64,000 nt of DNA from Selaginella moellendorffii (lineage: Eukaryota > Plantae > Lycopodiophyta), in the NCBI RefSeq assembly GCF_000143415.4, contig NW_003314288.1, positions 1,120,047 to 1,184,046 on the forward strand, read 5' to 3'. Made by a program: the position numbers and the translations under genes. A model generated the notes under the pieces. It saw only the letters and a program-made list of their open reading frames with translations. It had not been told where the DNA came from and did not search any database. How positions within the stretch are numbered: the stretch's first letter is position 1; the number at the start of each line of letters is the position of its first letter. This document shows positions 36,660 through 50,702 of this stretch, piece by piece.

Positions 36660-39600
36660 TGTTATTGACCACGTGGTCAAGGTCGGTCAAAGGGAGGCTC
36701 AAGGGTTTATAAAGGCATGTTAAGGTAAGGAACTTAAGAGTGATGGCACAAAGAAGCTTTTGAGGTAGCTTGGGGGTGGTTGGGCAGTGTCAAAAGGAGG
36801 TGTAATCTAGTCTAGGAAGACTAAATTGTTGATTTTTTGTGCTGGGTCATAACATTGGTATAAGAGGCATTAGTTGTGATGGCTGACTAAGCTGAACGCT
36901 AGAATCCTATTATCAATGGTGGTGCCAATGATAGTGTTAATAGAGGTGTAGAGGTTTGGACCATGGAAGATATTGTGCACAAGCTGCAAGCCCTTAATAA
37001 AAATCAGCAAGAGTTGCAAGACAAGATGCATGGCATGATGGGTACCTTGTGTGAGCATGTTGAGGCACTCAAAGCTAGTCGTAATGGCACTCTAAATAAG
37101 CCTTTCTTGGCAGATCGACTTAAGATTCCAACCTTTTTAGGTGATGGTGGTGTGTATGAGTGTCTAACTTGGCTAACCAATATGAAAAAGTTCTTGGCTG
37201 CTAAAGGAACTCCAAATGCAAAGGCTTTAATGGCTATTCTAATGGTTTTGCGTGATGCGGGTCTTTGATGGTGGAATTAGCTTGAGGAGTTTTGTGCTAT
37301 GGATAAGAAACCACTAGTGTCTACGATGGATGAGTTTGAAGCTGCTTTCTGTTTACATTTTGCCCTTCACTATGATATGGAGAATGCTCACACCAAATTT
37401 CAACATTTTCAGCAAAGAAAAATTAAGCTTGGGGACTATATTGAGAAGCTGACTCGCTTGATTAGCCGTGTTCCAACGAAGGATCCAGATCAAAACAAGT
37501 CCTACTTCATTGATGGCTTTCATAGTGAGAGCATATAGCAACACTTGCGTCATTTTTAGCCTACAAAGAGTTTAGAGGAGCTCTTTGATGCTGCTCGTTA
37601 ACTTGACAATGACAAGTATAAGTCTCACAAGCATTCAAGGAGTCCTTCTGTTGAGAATCATCATGATGATCATTGTGGACACAAGGATGAATAAATATCA
37701 CAAGCTAAAGTCTATAGTGGCTACTTCGGGTACACAGGGGTCAAAGAAGTAGAAATTCTTTATGAAGAATTATAGATAAGGTTGTCATTATTGTGGCGAG
37801 GGATATTACAAGGCCGATTGTCCACAACTGAATAGCAAATAACATGGCAACAAGAATGGCCTTTCTACTGATGGTAAGTTAGATACTAAGAAGTTGCAAA
37901 CTTTGCAGCACAAGGACGATGGGGATGACCATTCCGGTCGGAGGAAGAGGCTTTTGATTATTTCTCATCAAGTTAACTGTATGTGGAACAAGATGGAGGT
38001 CGAGGACACTTGTGCATTAGCTTTAATGTTAGAGGGTGTGTTCCATGGCGGTCCAATGTGGATTTTACTAGACAGTGGGAGCAATGACAACTTTATTTCC
38101 ACAAAGTTTGTTGAGGAGCATGGCCTAGTGACACGAGGAGTTCTTCCATATATGGTGAAAGGTGCAACTACCTCTACTTAGCATTTTGATACTTGTGTAG
38201 AAGGGTTAGAAGTGTTGGTTGGCAAAACCACACTTATAGAAACTTTTTATCTCATAGATCTTCATTGTATGGATCTCATTTTTGGGATGCCATGGTTGGT
38301 GAAGGTGGATTTAGAGATAAAGTGGAGTATTAAGTGTGTCTTGTTAGAGTATGGTGGCATTAAAGATATGTGGTTTGGAGAGGGAATTCAACCCCCAATT
38401 ATTATGCTTTCTGCTACATCTTTGAAGTGGGCTTGTCGTAATGGAAAAACATTTTCAAGTTACTTGTTGTTTGTTCATGACTTGGGGGACCAAGCCACGT
38501 ATGGAGGAGAGCTTTGACACCATTTTGCGTGCAAGTGTTGGATACGGGGAGTTGGTGCTCATGGGATTGTACTGGACCCTTGTTTCATAGCACAACGGGT
38601 TTAGAGTTCGGCTCCAAATTCAGGTGCGCTACATTTGGTATTAGAGGAATTGTTTCAGTGATTTCTATCCAACTTTTGTCGGATTTTCTAATGCAGACTA
38701 TACTCAAAGAGTTTTCTAATGTTTTTCCCTCTAAAATTCCTTATGGATTTCCTCCATTATGAGGTTTGGAGTATGAGATTATGTTGGAGCCAAGGAAACA
38801 GCCAATTTACCAACATCCATTTCAATTGAATTATGCTGAGGAGCAAGAAGTTTAATAACAAGTCAAGGACTTACTTGAGTTTGGATTTATTCAATCAAGT
38901 CTCCGTTTGGTGCTTTTGTTTTGCTTGTGAAGAAGAAGGATGGTTCAATGAAAATGTGTATTAATTACCATGCTTTGAACAAAAAGACCGTGAAGGACAA
39001 AATGCCGATGCCATATGTAGATGATATCTTAGACAAGCTTGGTGAAGCACGAATATTTGCTAAGATTAATTTGAGGAGTGGATATTATCGGATTGCCATG
39101 GATGATGCATTTATTTCCAAAATGGCATTCAATATGAGTTTCGGGCATTTTGAGTTTATGGTTATGTTGTTTGGTTTGACGAATGCACCAACCACATTTA
39201 CTCGGTTGATGACTGAGGTCTTTGGGCATTATCTCTATGAGTTTATGGAGATTTTCTTGGATGATATTCTTGTTTTCAGCAACAATATGGAAGAGCATAA
39301 GGTGCATTTGCGCAAGGTTCTTTTGTTACTCTGTGACATCAAACTTTATGCAAAGAAGAGCAAATATGAGTTTGCAAAGTCGGAGGTGGAATATCTAAGC
39401 CATATTGTGACATCTAAGGGTGTCAAAATGGATCCAAGAAAGGTGGTTGTAATGGAAAATTGGCCCACACCAACTTCAGTAGCTGAGTTACACAGTTTCC
39501 TTGGTATGGCTAATTATTATTGACATTTTCAGCATAAGTTTGCAGAGGTGGCTATTCCTTTGACACGATTGTTGCACAAGAATATGTCATTCGAGTGGAA

Positions 39601-41668
39601 GAAGCCACATGAGGATAGTTTTGTGGCATTGAAACAATTGTTGAGTGAGGCTCTAGTATTTCATATTGTTGATTCATCAGAACTTTATGAGGTGACATGT
39701 GATGCGAGTGGTTATGCACTGGGAGGAGTTTTCATGCAAGAGAGACAGCTTATTGCATATGAGAGTCAAACTTTGAATCCTATGAAGCAACACTATTCCA
39801 CATATGAGCAAAAGTTACTCTCTATTGTTCATGCTTTGCGGATGTGGTGGGACTATCTTTATGGTGTAGTGTTCACAGTGTTGATGGATCATAAACCCCT
39901 TGTATATTTTTTCATATAGAAGGAATTGAACACTAGGCAAGCTCATTGGATGGTTAAACTTATGGAGTTTGGGGAGTTTCCTATTGAGCATCGTCCGGGA
40001 AAATCGAATGTGGTGGCAGATGCTTTATCTCGTGTTTGCCATATAATGGCATTACAAACACAGTTTTGTTATCATTTGAGTAAAGTGGTCAGCAAATTTG
40101 GGCAGTTGGTTGAGCGTGCTCAGGCTCAGAATGCTGAGGTGGTCTCATTGCAAACCCAGATGGAAGCACCTTTTTCATTGGTGGATGGGATTCTTTACTA
40201 CATGGCCATGTGTATTTGCTATGGGTGGATGTGTTAATTACTCAAGTTTTATTCCACTATCATGATCGTCCAGAAGTCAGTCATTTTGGGGGTAAGAAGA
40301 CATATGAGTTGATTAAGCACAATTTCTATTGGAGGAATATGAAGGCTGATATCCTCAAGTACTGTAAATCATATGAGCTCTGTCAACATGTAAAGGTGCC
40401 ATGGGAGAAGTCGGGGGGACTTTTGCAACCTTTACCTATTCTTAGAGCCATTGGTGTAGTATTTCTATGGACTTCATCACTTGTTTGCCACGAACATAGA
40501 GGCAAAAGGAGCAAGTATGGATTATAGTGGATCGTTTGATGAAGTATGTGTGGTTGTTGGATCTTCGGAAAAGTGTCATTACCTTAGATTTGGCTATGGT
40601 CTACTTGGAGAAGGTTTTTCCTGATTTTGGTTTACTAGAGGACATCGTTAGCAATCGAGATTCAAAGTTCACTAGTGGATTTTGGAAGAGCTTTGCAAAA
40701 GCTATGCAAGTGACTCTAAAACTCTTGAGTGGAAATCATCCTCAGACAAATGGGTAAATCGAGCGTGTGAATTAGGTGGTAGAGGATATACTATGCTGTA
40801 GCATTAGTCAAAGGCAGAGACAATGGGATTTATATCTTTCGTTGGTGCAATTTCCCTATAACAATAGCCAACAAAGTGGAACCAAGTTAAGTCTTTACTT
40901 TGCCATGTTTGAAAGGCATCCTTGAACAATAGTGGAGTTGGAATTGCATTTGAGTAAGGATGTTCAAGAAAAGCTTAATTTAGAAGCAACTGATCTGGCC
41001 ACAGAACTTGATGAGATTCTGGTGGTGTGCAAATGGAATTTGCAAGCAGTTCAGGATAGAGAGGAAAAGTTTGCTAATGAGCATTGCCAATTTTGAGAAT
41101 ATAAGTTGGGTGATCTCGTCTTTGTGCGATTGATCTTTCCGTTAAGTGAGCAGCGGAACACATTAATGCCTTTGTAGAATGGGAAAAGTGATAAACTTCA
41201 ATATACTAGTTTATATAAAGTGCTAGAGCGCATCGGTAAGGTGGCTTATCGGGTGTGGCTGCCAGCTAGGGTGAAAATTCATCCAATATTTTATATTAGC
41301 CAGTTAAAAGTTGTACTATCTCGAAGTGATAGACCCAATGCTTCCTTAATGTATATAGCTGTGGAAAATGGATTAGGAGCTTGAGTAGAGTTCCCCAGAA
41401 AGGGTGATCACCAGTACAACTCATCCTTGGGACAAGGACTTTGTTGGAGGGAAGAGCCAATTTTGACCACGTGGTCAACATCAATCAAAGGGAGGCTCAA
41501 GCATTTATGAAGGCATGTTAGGGTAAAGAATTTAACCTACCTTAGAGCTCACCATGGAGTGGTGGTGCAAAGGAGCTTTTGAGGTAGTTCGGGGGTGGTT
41601 GGGCAGTGAGGAGCCTTAAGAGGAAGTGTAATCTAGTTTAAGAAGACTTTTCATGCTATGTCATAACA
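36660..41668 (+). mobile_element. Ty3/Gypsy element family A, copy 2 (older, heavily mutated); TSD CAATT
   Basis: 5' LTR at 36660-36854 (TGTTAT...ATAACA), PBS TGGTATAAGAG at 36856, gag-pol colinear with copy 1 but full of stops, PPT at ~41446, 3' LTR at ~41455-41668. CAATT at 36655-36659 and 41669-41673. Confidence 0.93.
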
Positions 41669-42243
41669 CAATTGTTGTTTATGATGTGAGGAATGTCATG
41701 GATGGGGACATAAATGGATGGGGACATAACACTGGAACTTGTGCCAAATGTCAATAATATACTAAAAAATATTCTTATGCTCTTTTGACATTTATGGATA
41801 ATAGGAGTTCTATTTCTTGTGCTTCTCTATCACCAACAAATAACAAAAGTCCTCCTATTCTCTCTCCTCTACTCTCTTTCATAACATGCAATATAGAATT
41901 AATGGAGGATGAGTAGTTTATGTTTGTTTTTGCTGGAGTTGTAAATAGTATAAATGTGATGATCTTGGTGGACTTTTGGCTTAGCAATTTCCTCTATTCA
42001 GTGTTTAATTGTTTGAAGTTTCATTATAACAAGTCTCTTGTACTTGACCTTTATGACTTCTGTTTACTAATCCAGTATAGATATTATGTAAGATGGATTA
42101 TCTTCTTCTTCTTAGCCGTGATCTCCAAGCTAGATTGGAATGTTCTTTCTCCGTCCAGGATTCTCAAGAGCTGTGGAGGTCGCGCCCGGATTCTTGCAAG
42201 GAATACCTCGAATCGCGAATGCGTGTGAGATCCAGCAAAGTTT

Positions 42244-44171
42244 ATGGCATTGCTCTTCCCCAATTTCGTGATTTCCACAGACACCTCAGAGGATTGCTTG
42301 CTCTCCTGGGGAGCACTGCTCAAGAACTGCCGGGATCTGTCACAGGGGAGGCAAATCCACGCCCGCATTGCGCAGAGCGAGCACCGCCGCAACAAATACC
42401 TCGCGAATCTGCTTGTCCAGATGTATGGCAAATGCGGCAGCGTCGATGACGCCGCGCAATCTTCGAATCCATAGAGAATCCTAAGCTCTTCTCCTCCAAC
42501 ATCATGATCCAGGCCTACGCACAGGCGAAAGATCTAGATCGAGCGCGCAGAACGTTCGATGGGATGCTCCGGCGAGATGCCTCGACGTGGAACTCGATCG
42601 TCACGGCATATGCCGACAACGGGCATCTTGATAAAGCGCGAGAGATTTTCGAATTGGCTCCAGAGAAGAACGAGATCTCTTGGAATGTGATGATCACGCT
42701 TTGCATTCGCAGTGGAAAGATAGCTTCTGCCAAGGATTTGTTTGATCGGATGCCCGTGAAGACGATCGTTGCGCAGACTGCCCTCGTCACAGCATTTGCC
42801 AGGAAAGGGCATGTGGAAGAAGCCGAGGCTTTGTTTGAGAACATAAAGGAGGAGCGCGATGTAGTGGCATGGACGGCCATGATCCAAGCTTATGTCGCGA
42901 ATGGGGATCTCGAGAAGGCCAAGGCTTTGTTTACGCGAATGCCCGAAAGGAATGTTGTGACGTGGTCGTCTATGATACAAGGCCATGTCCAAGAGGGGCA
43001 AATGGAGGAGGCCAGATACCTCTTCGAAAAGATGCCGCAGAGGACGGTGGTGTCTTGGACGACCATGGTGGGGGGATATTCACAAAGAGGTAATATTCGT
43101 GAGGCCGAGAATCTCTTTGAAAAAATGCCCAACAAGGATGTCGTGGCCTGGAACTGTATGATCACTGCTTATGGCCAAAATAGCGATCCTGACGCTGCTA
43201 GAAACGTGTTCGAGATGATGCCTCGGCCGAGAAACATCGTGTCTTATAACGCTTTGATCTCGGCTTACATCCAAAACAATTGCCTCGAGGAAGCGAGAGC
43301 ACTGTTTGAAGGGATGGAAGAGCGAGACGTTGTGTCTTGGAATCTCCTCTTGAATGGGTATGCCCAGAGAGGATATGTTGAGGAATCCAAGAGCATCTTC
43401 GATCGGATGAGTGAGAGGGATAGAGATGTAGCGACATACAACTGTATGATTGACGCATATGCCCAACAAGGGTATCTTGTGAATGCCAAGGAGTTGTTTG
43501 ATACCGTGCCAGGGCGAGACTTGATATCCTGGAACACGATCGAGAAGGCCTTTGCTAGCAACGGACATGTATACGAAGCCAAGTTGATACTCTATGGGAT
43601 GCCCAAGCAGGACATAGTTTCATGGACGTCCATGGTGGCGGCATATGCCCAGCGAGGCCATATGGTTGAAGCGCGGAAGTTCTTCAGCACAATGCCCCAA
43701 AGGGACTTGGTATCGTGCAATGCGATTGTTGCAGCGCATGCCCAGTGCGGACACAGCGCTAGGGCCATGGAGCTTTTCAAATGCATGGCCGTGGAGGGGA
43801 TCAGCTCCAACGACATTGCGTTCATGAGCATTCTCGCTGCTTGCAGCCACGTTGGGAAGCTGGAGCAAGGCTGGAGCCTGTTCGTGTCGATGCAAAACGA
43901 CTTTGGATTGAACCCATCACGGGTTCACTACTCGTGCATGGTAGACATCCTCGCGCGCTCCGGGAAGCTGGAAGCTGCCGAGGAGCTCATCGCCACCATG
44001 CCGTTTGTGCCGGATCTCGTGGCCTGGGACACGCTTCTCGCTGCTTGCAAAGTCCAGAGGGATGCCCGAGGAGCGGCCCAGGCAGCCGAGGTTTCCACGG
44101 ACTTGTCCGAGGAGAGCTCGGCTCCATACGTGCTCATCTCTGATATCCAACGAAACACTTCGCTACATTAG
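42244..44171 (+). pseudogene. PLS-class PPR protein (31-aa repeat-rich, E domain) with one frameshift near 42455
   Basis: ORF 42244-42474 (...LLVQMYGKCGSVDDA) continues in another frame as IFESIENPKLFSSNIMIQAY into the 555-aa ORF, which ends with E motifs (PDLVAWDTLLAAC...APYVLIS). Confidence 0.85.
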
Positions 44172-44224
44172 CGGTTCCAAAAGGAGCAAGGAACTTGCAA
44201 GGAAACTAAGATCTGGAGCTACTT

Positions 44225-44905
44225 CTAGTTCCCTTTCACGACTTGAGCTATGGGCATGAAGAACTTGACGAGCCTGTCCACGGTCTCGGCCTCCAACCGG
44301 AACGTCTTCTCAAGAACTTCATCCGCGATGCCACTCCCAAACATGGACAAGGATATGATCTGAAATCCCGGCTTCTCGCTGTTGAGCACCGCCAGCGCCG
44401 ACGCTCTCCCGCGTCCAACGTTGAGCTGCCAGTGGATGAGACCCCTCGGGAAGATCATCACCTCCCCCGCGTGGTACACTCGCGCGAATACCCGGTTACC
44501 CGCGTCCACAAACCCCGCATACAAGTCCCCGTGGAGGATATACACGAACTCGGAGGCCCGAGGATGTGTGTGAGGGGAGATGAGCCCGCGCTCCACAAAG
44601 TCGAGCTGGGCGAAGGAGAAACCTTGCGTGTGGAGTCCCGGGAACGTGTTCACGTCGCCTGGAGTGGCGATTGCTCCGGACGTGCTCTGGCTGGGATCCA
44701 GAGGAGTGAGCAACCCGCTGAAGACGAAGTCGTCGATCGTCACGTTGGGGTATGGCTTGCACGAGTAGTCGTTGTTGTTGAGCAGCGGGCAATGCAGGTC
44801 CGCGACGCAGAAGTCATGGAGTGGATCACGATCCGAGCATGAAACTTGCAGTGGCGAGAGGGAGGTCATCAAGAACAAGGCTGCGAAGCAAAACAACGCT
44901 GCCAT
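44225..44905 (-). CDS. Germin-like protein (cupin), intact, intronless, secreted
   Basis: Signal peptide, DFCVAD...YSCK, germin box PHTHPRASE and FPRGLIHWQLN; all four metal ligands (H, H, E, H) present. Confidence 0.93.
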   Translation of the reverse strand: MAALFCFAALFLMTSLSPLQVSCSDRDPLHDFCVADLHCPLLNNNDYSCKPYPNVTIDDFVFSGLLTPLDPSQSTSGAIATPGDVNTFPGLHTQGFSFAQLDFVERGLISPHTHPRASEFVYILHGDLYAGFVDAGNRVFARVYHAGEVMIFPRGLIHWQLNVGRGRASALAVLNSEKPGFQIISLSMFGSGIADEVLEKTFRLEAETVDRLVKFFMPIAQVVKGN

Positions 44906-45071
44906 TTTGTTGCCGTCACCAAATCTACGTCCGGTTTATACAGAACTTGCCGCCATTCACTGCGAGTTAACAAGTAGATCGAAAGATCGCCTCCATGCAA
45001 ATCGAAAGTTTTCCTAAGATGAAAGTGGTCGATGGATGTATTATTCTGTTATTGTTCTACAATAAATTTAA

Positions 45072-45468
45072 TCACGACCTTACTGTGCCTCGGATGAATT
45101 CAGCGATGGGAACAAACTCTTCGACAAGCCTGTGTACAGTCCGAGCGTCCAGCCGAAATGCCTTTTGGAGAACTTCTTCCACGACACCACTCCCGAACAT
45201 GGGCGGAGCTATGGTCTGAAACCCGGGCTTCTCGCTGTTTAGCACGGCAAAACCCGATGCTGGACACATTGAGCTGCCAGTGGATGAGACCCCTTGGGAA
45301 GATCATCACCTCGCCTTTGGAGTAAACTCTCGCAAACGCCCTGTTGGCTGTGTCGATGAATCCAGCGTACAAGCGACCCCAGGTGATGTAGACGAACGCG
45401 GATGAGGCCACCCTCCACAAAGTCGAGCCGAGCAAACAATGGAGTCCTGGAAAAGTCTTGACGAAGGC
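45072..45468 (-). pseudogene. Germin-like pseudogene (3' part)
   Basis: YAGFIDTANRAFARVYSKGEVMIFPRGLIHWQLN...NSEKPGFQTIAPPMFGSG; germin box deleted, frameshifted and 5'-truncated. Confidence 0.88.
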
Positions 45469-45479
45469 TTCTTGGATTA

Positions 45480-48400
45480 TGTGACATTGATGATTCTGCT
45501 CGCCTATGACTCCATCCACTTTCTTGGTGATTGTCTTAAGGTAGCTTAAGACTTACACGTGGTACTTCGTAGTTTCCTCGTCTTCTACCAACTACATTGG
45601 CTCGTCAATTGGCTACTTGCCTCCCTTGATGTGTTGAGCAAGCTCCTTCATAAAGCTTTGGACTACTGGCTCACTAGGCTGACTTACAGGCTTGTGCGTG
45701 AAGGCATGGCTAGCCTTGACCTTATAGTGCTGCGTCTGCTGCTGCTGTGGCTGCCTCATCTCACTAGACTTGTCAGCCGAGGGAGTGTCGTTGTTGGATG
45801 TATAGGTGGACTAGAGAAAATTTAACCCATACTTCTTTAGTTCACCTAGACTCTCTTTTGTAGATTAGTCCTCTTTGTCCCATTGAGTTTCTTGGCCATG
45901 ATCTTCTTGGCCTAAACTCACCTCATTAGTTGTATCTACATTGCAACATCTGTAGGTGCATTGTATGTTGGACTTTGTAGCCTAAGTTCTGGAATTTCTT
46001 CCAAAATTTCAGCATCTATCGTTCATCTAGTGTTGTCCATTTGTGTACTCGTCACTTCTTTGATGTTTGGAGAGATTTGTATAGGCATTGGAGTTGTCTT
46101 TGTAGACGTAGATGAGTCATGACTCTATTCCCGATCTAGGTATGGTGTTTTATCACCATACTTGCGTCCAGCTTTTCCGCGGCATACTCGACCACTAAAT
46201 TTCTGCAGAACCAACCCTAGAGGTCTCACAGCTTGGATTTTTGGATCTAAGCAGAATTTCTTTTTGAAAGGAGAATCTTCTTTGCTTGAATCTGTATCGT
46301 TGAAATTTTCCTTCATTTCCACATCCCTTGCTATCTTCCTCAGAGGAGATACTAGAGGTGATGGCTCAATGGCAAGGTGAGGCACAGTATCCACCTGAGT
46401 GGTGTAATATTCATAAATATGCCGCAAAAAGATGAAAACTCTCATCTTTACTTGCCTTCTCTTGCTTACTTATAAGGCAACATTTTTCATTTCAGCCACA
46501 AATCCATTCTAGGTGAAATGAGCTATGTTTATTTGATGTCCAGTCTCGATAGCTTCCAATAGGCAGGCTATCTTGATGCTAGCATTTTGCGCAGTCATCC
46601 TCCCATCGATGATGGCACACAACACCTTAAGCTTGGCATGATAATTTGGCTTTAAGTAAGTGAAGTTGCCTCCTCATTCAGATATGTAGTTTGGAAGGAT
46701 ATATTGTTCGAGCATGTGATCCTTTTTGTTCATTGTGATTATTTTACCTTTGTTGTCTAGGTGAAAAATCTGAGTAAACTGGGTGAGTCTAAAAGGATGG
46801 ACTCGCCCGTAGAAAAGATAAACATGCTCCTTTGGGTACCACTTTTGCATAAGCTCGATCCCCTGCTCGACCACTATTTCTCCTTTGAGCAGCTCCACAT
46901 AAGCGAGTAACCCAAAAGCATTAAGTCAAAACTTGTCATAGGGAGAAAGCACAAGCTCCTTAGACAGATTTACTTAGTGATAATCTAGCTCCTTGTTGCC
47001 AGATGAAATTTCCTCTACATACTCTTCTTGCCTAGGCATTTTTGCCATCTGTAGAGATTTGTAGGCGAAACACTTGGTGTTAAACTACCAAGAAACAGAG
47101 TGCAATATCAACAGAGATGCCCAAGAGAAATCCTGCATTGATGGTGCAAGAGTCGAGTTGACAGCTTATGGCGATGGTATGAGGATAAATTTACTCTGTC
47201 GAATCAAGAGTGCACTCAACCCAGTAGGTGGCAACAATAGCATTTGCTTTTGAATGGCCCTAGGTGGCATTTGAGTTGTTGTACATTGCTTTGGAGCTAA
47301 GTCTAGAGTGTCGACGCATCTTGGTGAAGGTGTAGGCGTAGAGTGAGTGAAAGGGAAAGAGCAAGAAAAAAAAAGAAGCTCCTTAGCCCCTCCAAATTAT
47401 CTAAGTCACTCTGCCTTACTATGTTAGCCCTAAACTTTGTCCTCTTGCCTTTATTTTCTTTTATATGCAAATGTATTGTGGAAATTTTTTTTTCCTTGTT
47501 GGCCTACTAATCTCTGTGCATTAATCCTTATTCTTAAAGTATTTTTCCCTTTGTTTTTTTTTTTTTTTCATTGCCTTAAGAAATTTTTTTTAGGGCATAC
47601 CAACAAGATTTCGAGGGAAGGCCTGCTCCAAAGAAATAAGTATTTATCCAATGTATCCCTTGATTTCTTTTTTGAAAACTTTCCCAAGGGACATATATTT
47701 TCCCTCTATTCTAAATGAACAGATCTTTGTCTAAGCTTCTCAAGAAAAATTACTCTTTCTTTCCAATTCCACTGATCTAACTCTATAAGAAGATAGAAAA
47801 ACTTGGAAATAAGTTCCTAAATGATCTTAATATCCCTTCCATCTATTTTGAAAGCCAATTTTACATGATCTCATAATTAAAGAACCAATATACCTTTCTG
47901 TGGTTTTACAAAGTTTGATGTTATTTTGTAGAATGTTTCTAGACTCCTATCCTTCATTCAGTTAGCCACCCTATCTATGCACTTAAGTAGCTTATCACAA
48001 TGAATCCCTACGAAGGTTTCATCCACGAGCTTATCCATAGTTTGTACTCTAAGATATAAATAATATTTATGCTTATATTTTCATGATACTACCTTAAACA
48101 GTTGAAATTTACTATTGCATTATTAAATAAAAAAAAAAGCTTTGTGGCTTATGTGACAATTGAAGAACTGCCTTTTTTGCGCTCTTTAAACACTAAGCTA
48201 CTTCGCAAAAAAACTCCTTCGTTTAGTGTTGTCTAGGCTCAAAATCTTTGAAATCACTAAAGAGATCTACTTGTGATTCCTAGTATTAGGCACATTTGGA
48301 ATTTACAAATGATTTTCTTTTAGTTGTTTTCAAGCCAAAGAGTGATAGCTTATCCCACTATGATTACCAAAAGTGAATAAGGCTTTATCTATCTGTACTC

Positions 48401-50370
48401 ACATTCTCGCCCCTACTTGCAAAACAATGACAAACAAATAGATACAAGAATGCAAAAGAAGAAGATGAGAATAGAATAGAACTCAGCCTCGAGTGAAGAT
48501 AAAAGGCGTGAGTAAGAATAAACATATGTCACTCTCTCAACTTTACTTTGCATAAACAATCATAAGCGGGAGAAAAGATGGTTAATCAATACAAATACAT
48601 ACAATAATGAGTGGGGGTTGTTTTCCAGCACGTTTAAGTGCTACTTATATACTATATAATTTTATAACAGTTCTTAATTACTTTTCACCTAGGTCGGGTT
48701 TTTCTTCTTTGGATGCCTAAACTTAGGCATAACTCCATTTTGCCTAAGCTTCCTTCTACTGCTTTGGCTGGGAAGATATACAAGATAAAACATTTCAGCA
48801 CCTTTTGAAATAGAAGACTTACATTGTATAACCTTCCCATTTCTAGTGAGTTATGTATGCCGCTCTAATGTTGACATTGGTGGCATAGCAATATCAACAA
48901 CAACATTTGAGGAAGTCTTTAGCTTGAAATTTTCTTTGTCTAGACTTTCAATCTCTTCTTTCAAAAAATTACAGCTATGCTCAACTAGCCACTCCTCTAG
49001 CATGAAATTTGGCTTTGAGATAATTGAGCTGTGGATCCAGTTTGTATAAATAACATCAGCTCTATAACAGTAAATCCAACTTGATTAGCAGCCTCTCACC
49101 TTTAGATTTCAATAGCCCTATAAATATAGTACTACTAAAGAATTTGAACCTAAGTGCACAAATACAAGACATTGACTTCGACTCCCAATCATTTTTGAGC
49201 AACATGTATTGCTCTTGGCATTGACTCTTTAAATTGCTCAAGCGATATAAGAAATTGGCTCACGAGCAATAATCTTCTCAACCTTTGGTATTGGATTTAC
49301 TTCTGTAACAATTATCACCTCCTCCACTCCATGTTCCTTATTTCTTCTCTAATGTTGTGAAACAAAATAGTAGTAAAAGGACAATGCCAATGGCATTATT
49401 AATGTCTAACATGGTGGATGAAGTTTTTGTTGAAACTCTTATAGAATCAAATTATAAACCACTCGAGGACATAATAATAGCCCATATGAAGCATCAATAG
49501 ATATTTAATGGGCCCAACATCACTCCTTTTAGCTCTTACCATTTAGAGTTTAACTACCCAACCCAAGACTTATATTGGCAAATTTTACTTCCTGTGCAGT
49601 TAAAGTTTTTGATGATTGCTCAAAAGATCTAATGAGGTCGAAGAGCATAACTTCATAAAGGGATACTTTTCCTCTCCTTACTTTCCTTTTTTATTGTTGA
49701 GAAGAATGGATTTTTCTACTTGATTACCCTTATTGCAACATACATTCTCTAGATTAACTTATCTTAGCTTTAGTTTGAATCTTTTGCAAAGGAAGCTCTC
49801 TCCTATAACACTCTTAGAGAAAACAATTGAAGACTCTAAATCAAATTTCAAGTAGAATTCTCTCATCTTCTCCCTGCTTGAGCACTTAGGTAAAACTTTA
49901 GGACAATCAATTACACAATTAATATAGGTGGCTCTTTAAGATTTTTATAAATCTCTAGATTCTAAATAGTTGTATATTTTATTAAAATAACTAACTTATA
50001 TTTTGCAAAAACATAGCTAATTAAAGCTTACAATACAAAAGAATATCTTTATTCTTTTTTGTCAATTTTGGTATCAAAAGAGTTGGGCTCTCGGGAGAGC
50101 TATGGCTCTTAGCTTCTATTCATGAGAGCGTGCATTTGCAAGGAAATATAGTGGATTATAAACAACCAAAGAAAATGACTTAAAAGATAATTCATGAGGT
50201 TTCAATATAAAGGGAAATATGAATAAAAGTGTATATTTTTTCCAATCGATTAAAGGTCTTAGAATATTTAGTGTTAAACATCCTTAAGGTTAAATAGTAT
50301 TAGGCTAGATGATCTACTAGGAAGTCTAACCTAGGATTTAAGAGCTTACATTAAAGTGTTGGTGCTTGGA
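45480..50370 (-). mobile_element. Degenerate AT-rich retroelement-like region
   Basis: It truncates the germin copy. Decayed (-) reading frames (46500-47050; protease-like GVEVNV near 49170) and LTR-like noncoding sequence. Family not determinable by eye. Confidence 0.4.
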
Positions 50371-50493
50371 TTGAATGATAATCTCTATCTTTTGTCATTT
50401 CTATTCATATACTAGTATTATATACATACACAAACTATCAACTGGTAAATATGGAGATTGTATAGCACTAGTTGGAGTGGTGGTGATAGGATG

Positions 50494-50660
50494 TATACAT
50501 ATACATATGTACATACATACATATATATATATATATATACATATACACATACATATATATACATATATATATATACATACATATATATATATATACATAC
50601 ATATATATATATATATACATACATATATATATATATACATACATATATATATATACATAC

Positions 50661-50697
<37 letters not shown>

Positions 50698-50702
50698 CAT
50701 AC
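50494..50702. repeat. Compound (TA)n/(TACA)n microsatellite
   Basis: Directly visible; it explains the spurious YI-repeat ORFs. Confidence 0.97.
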
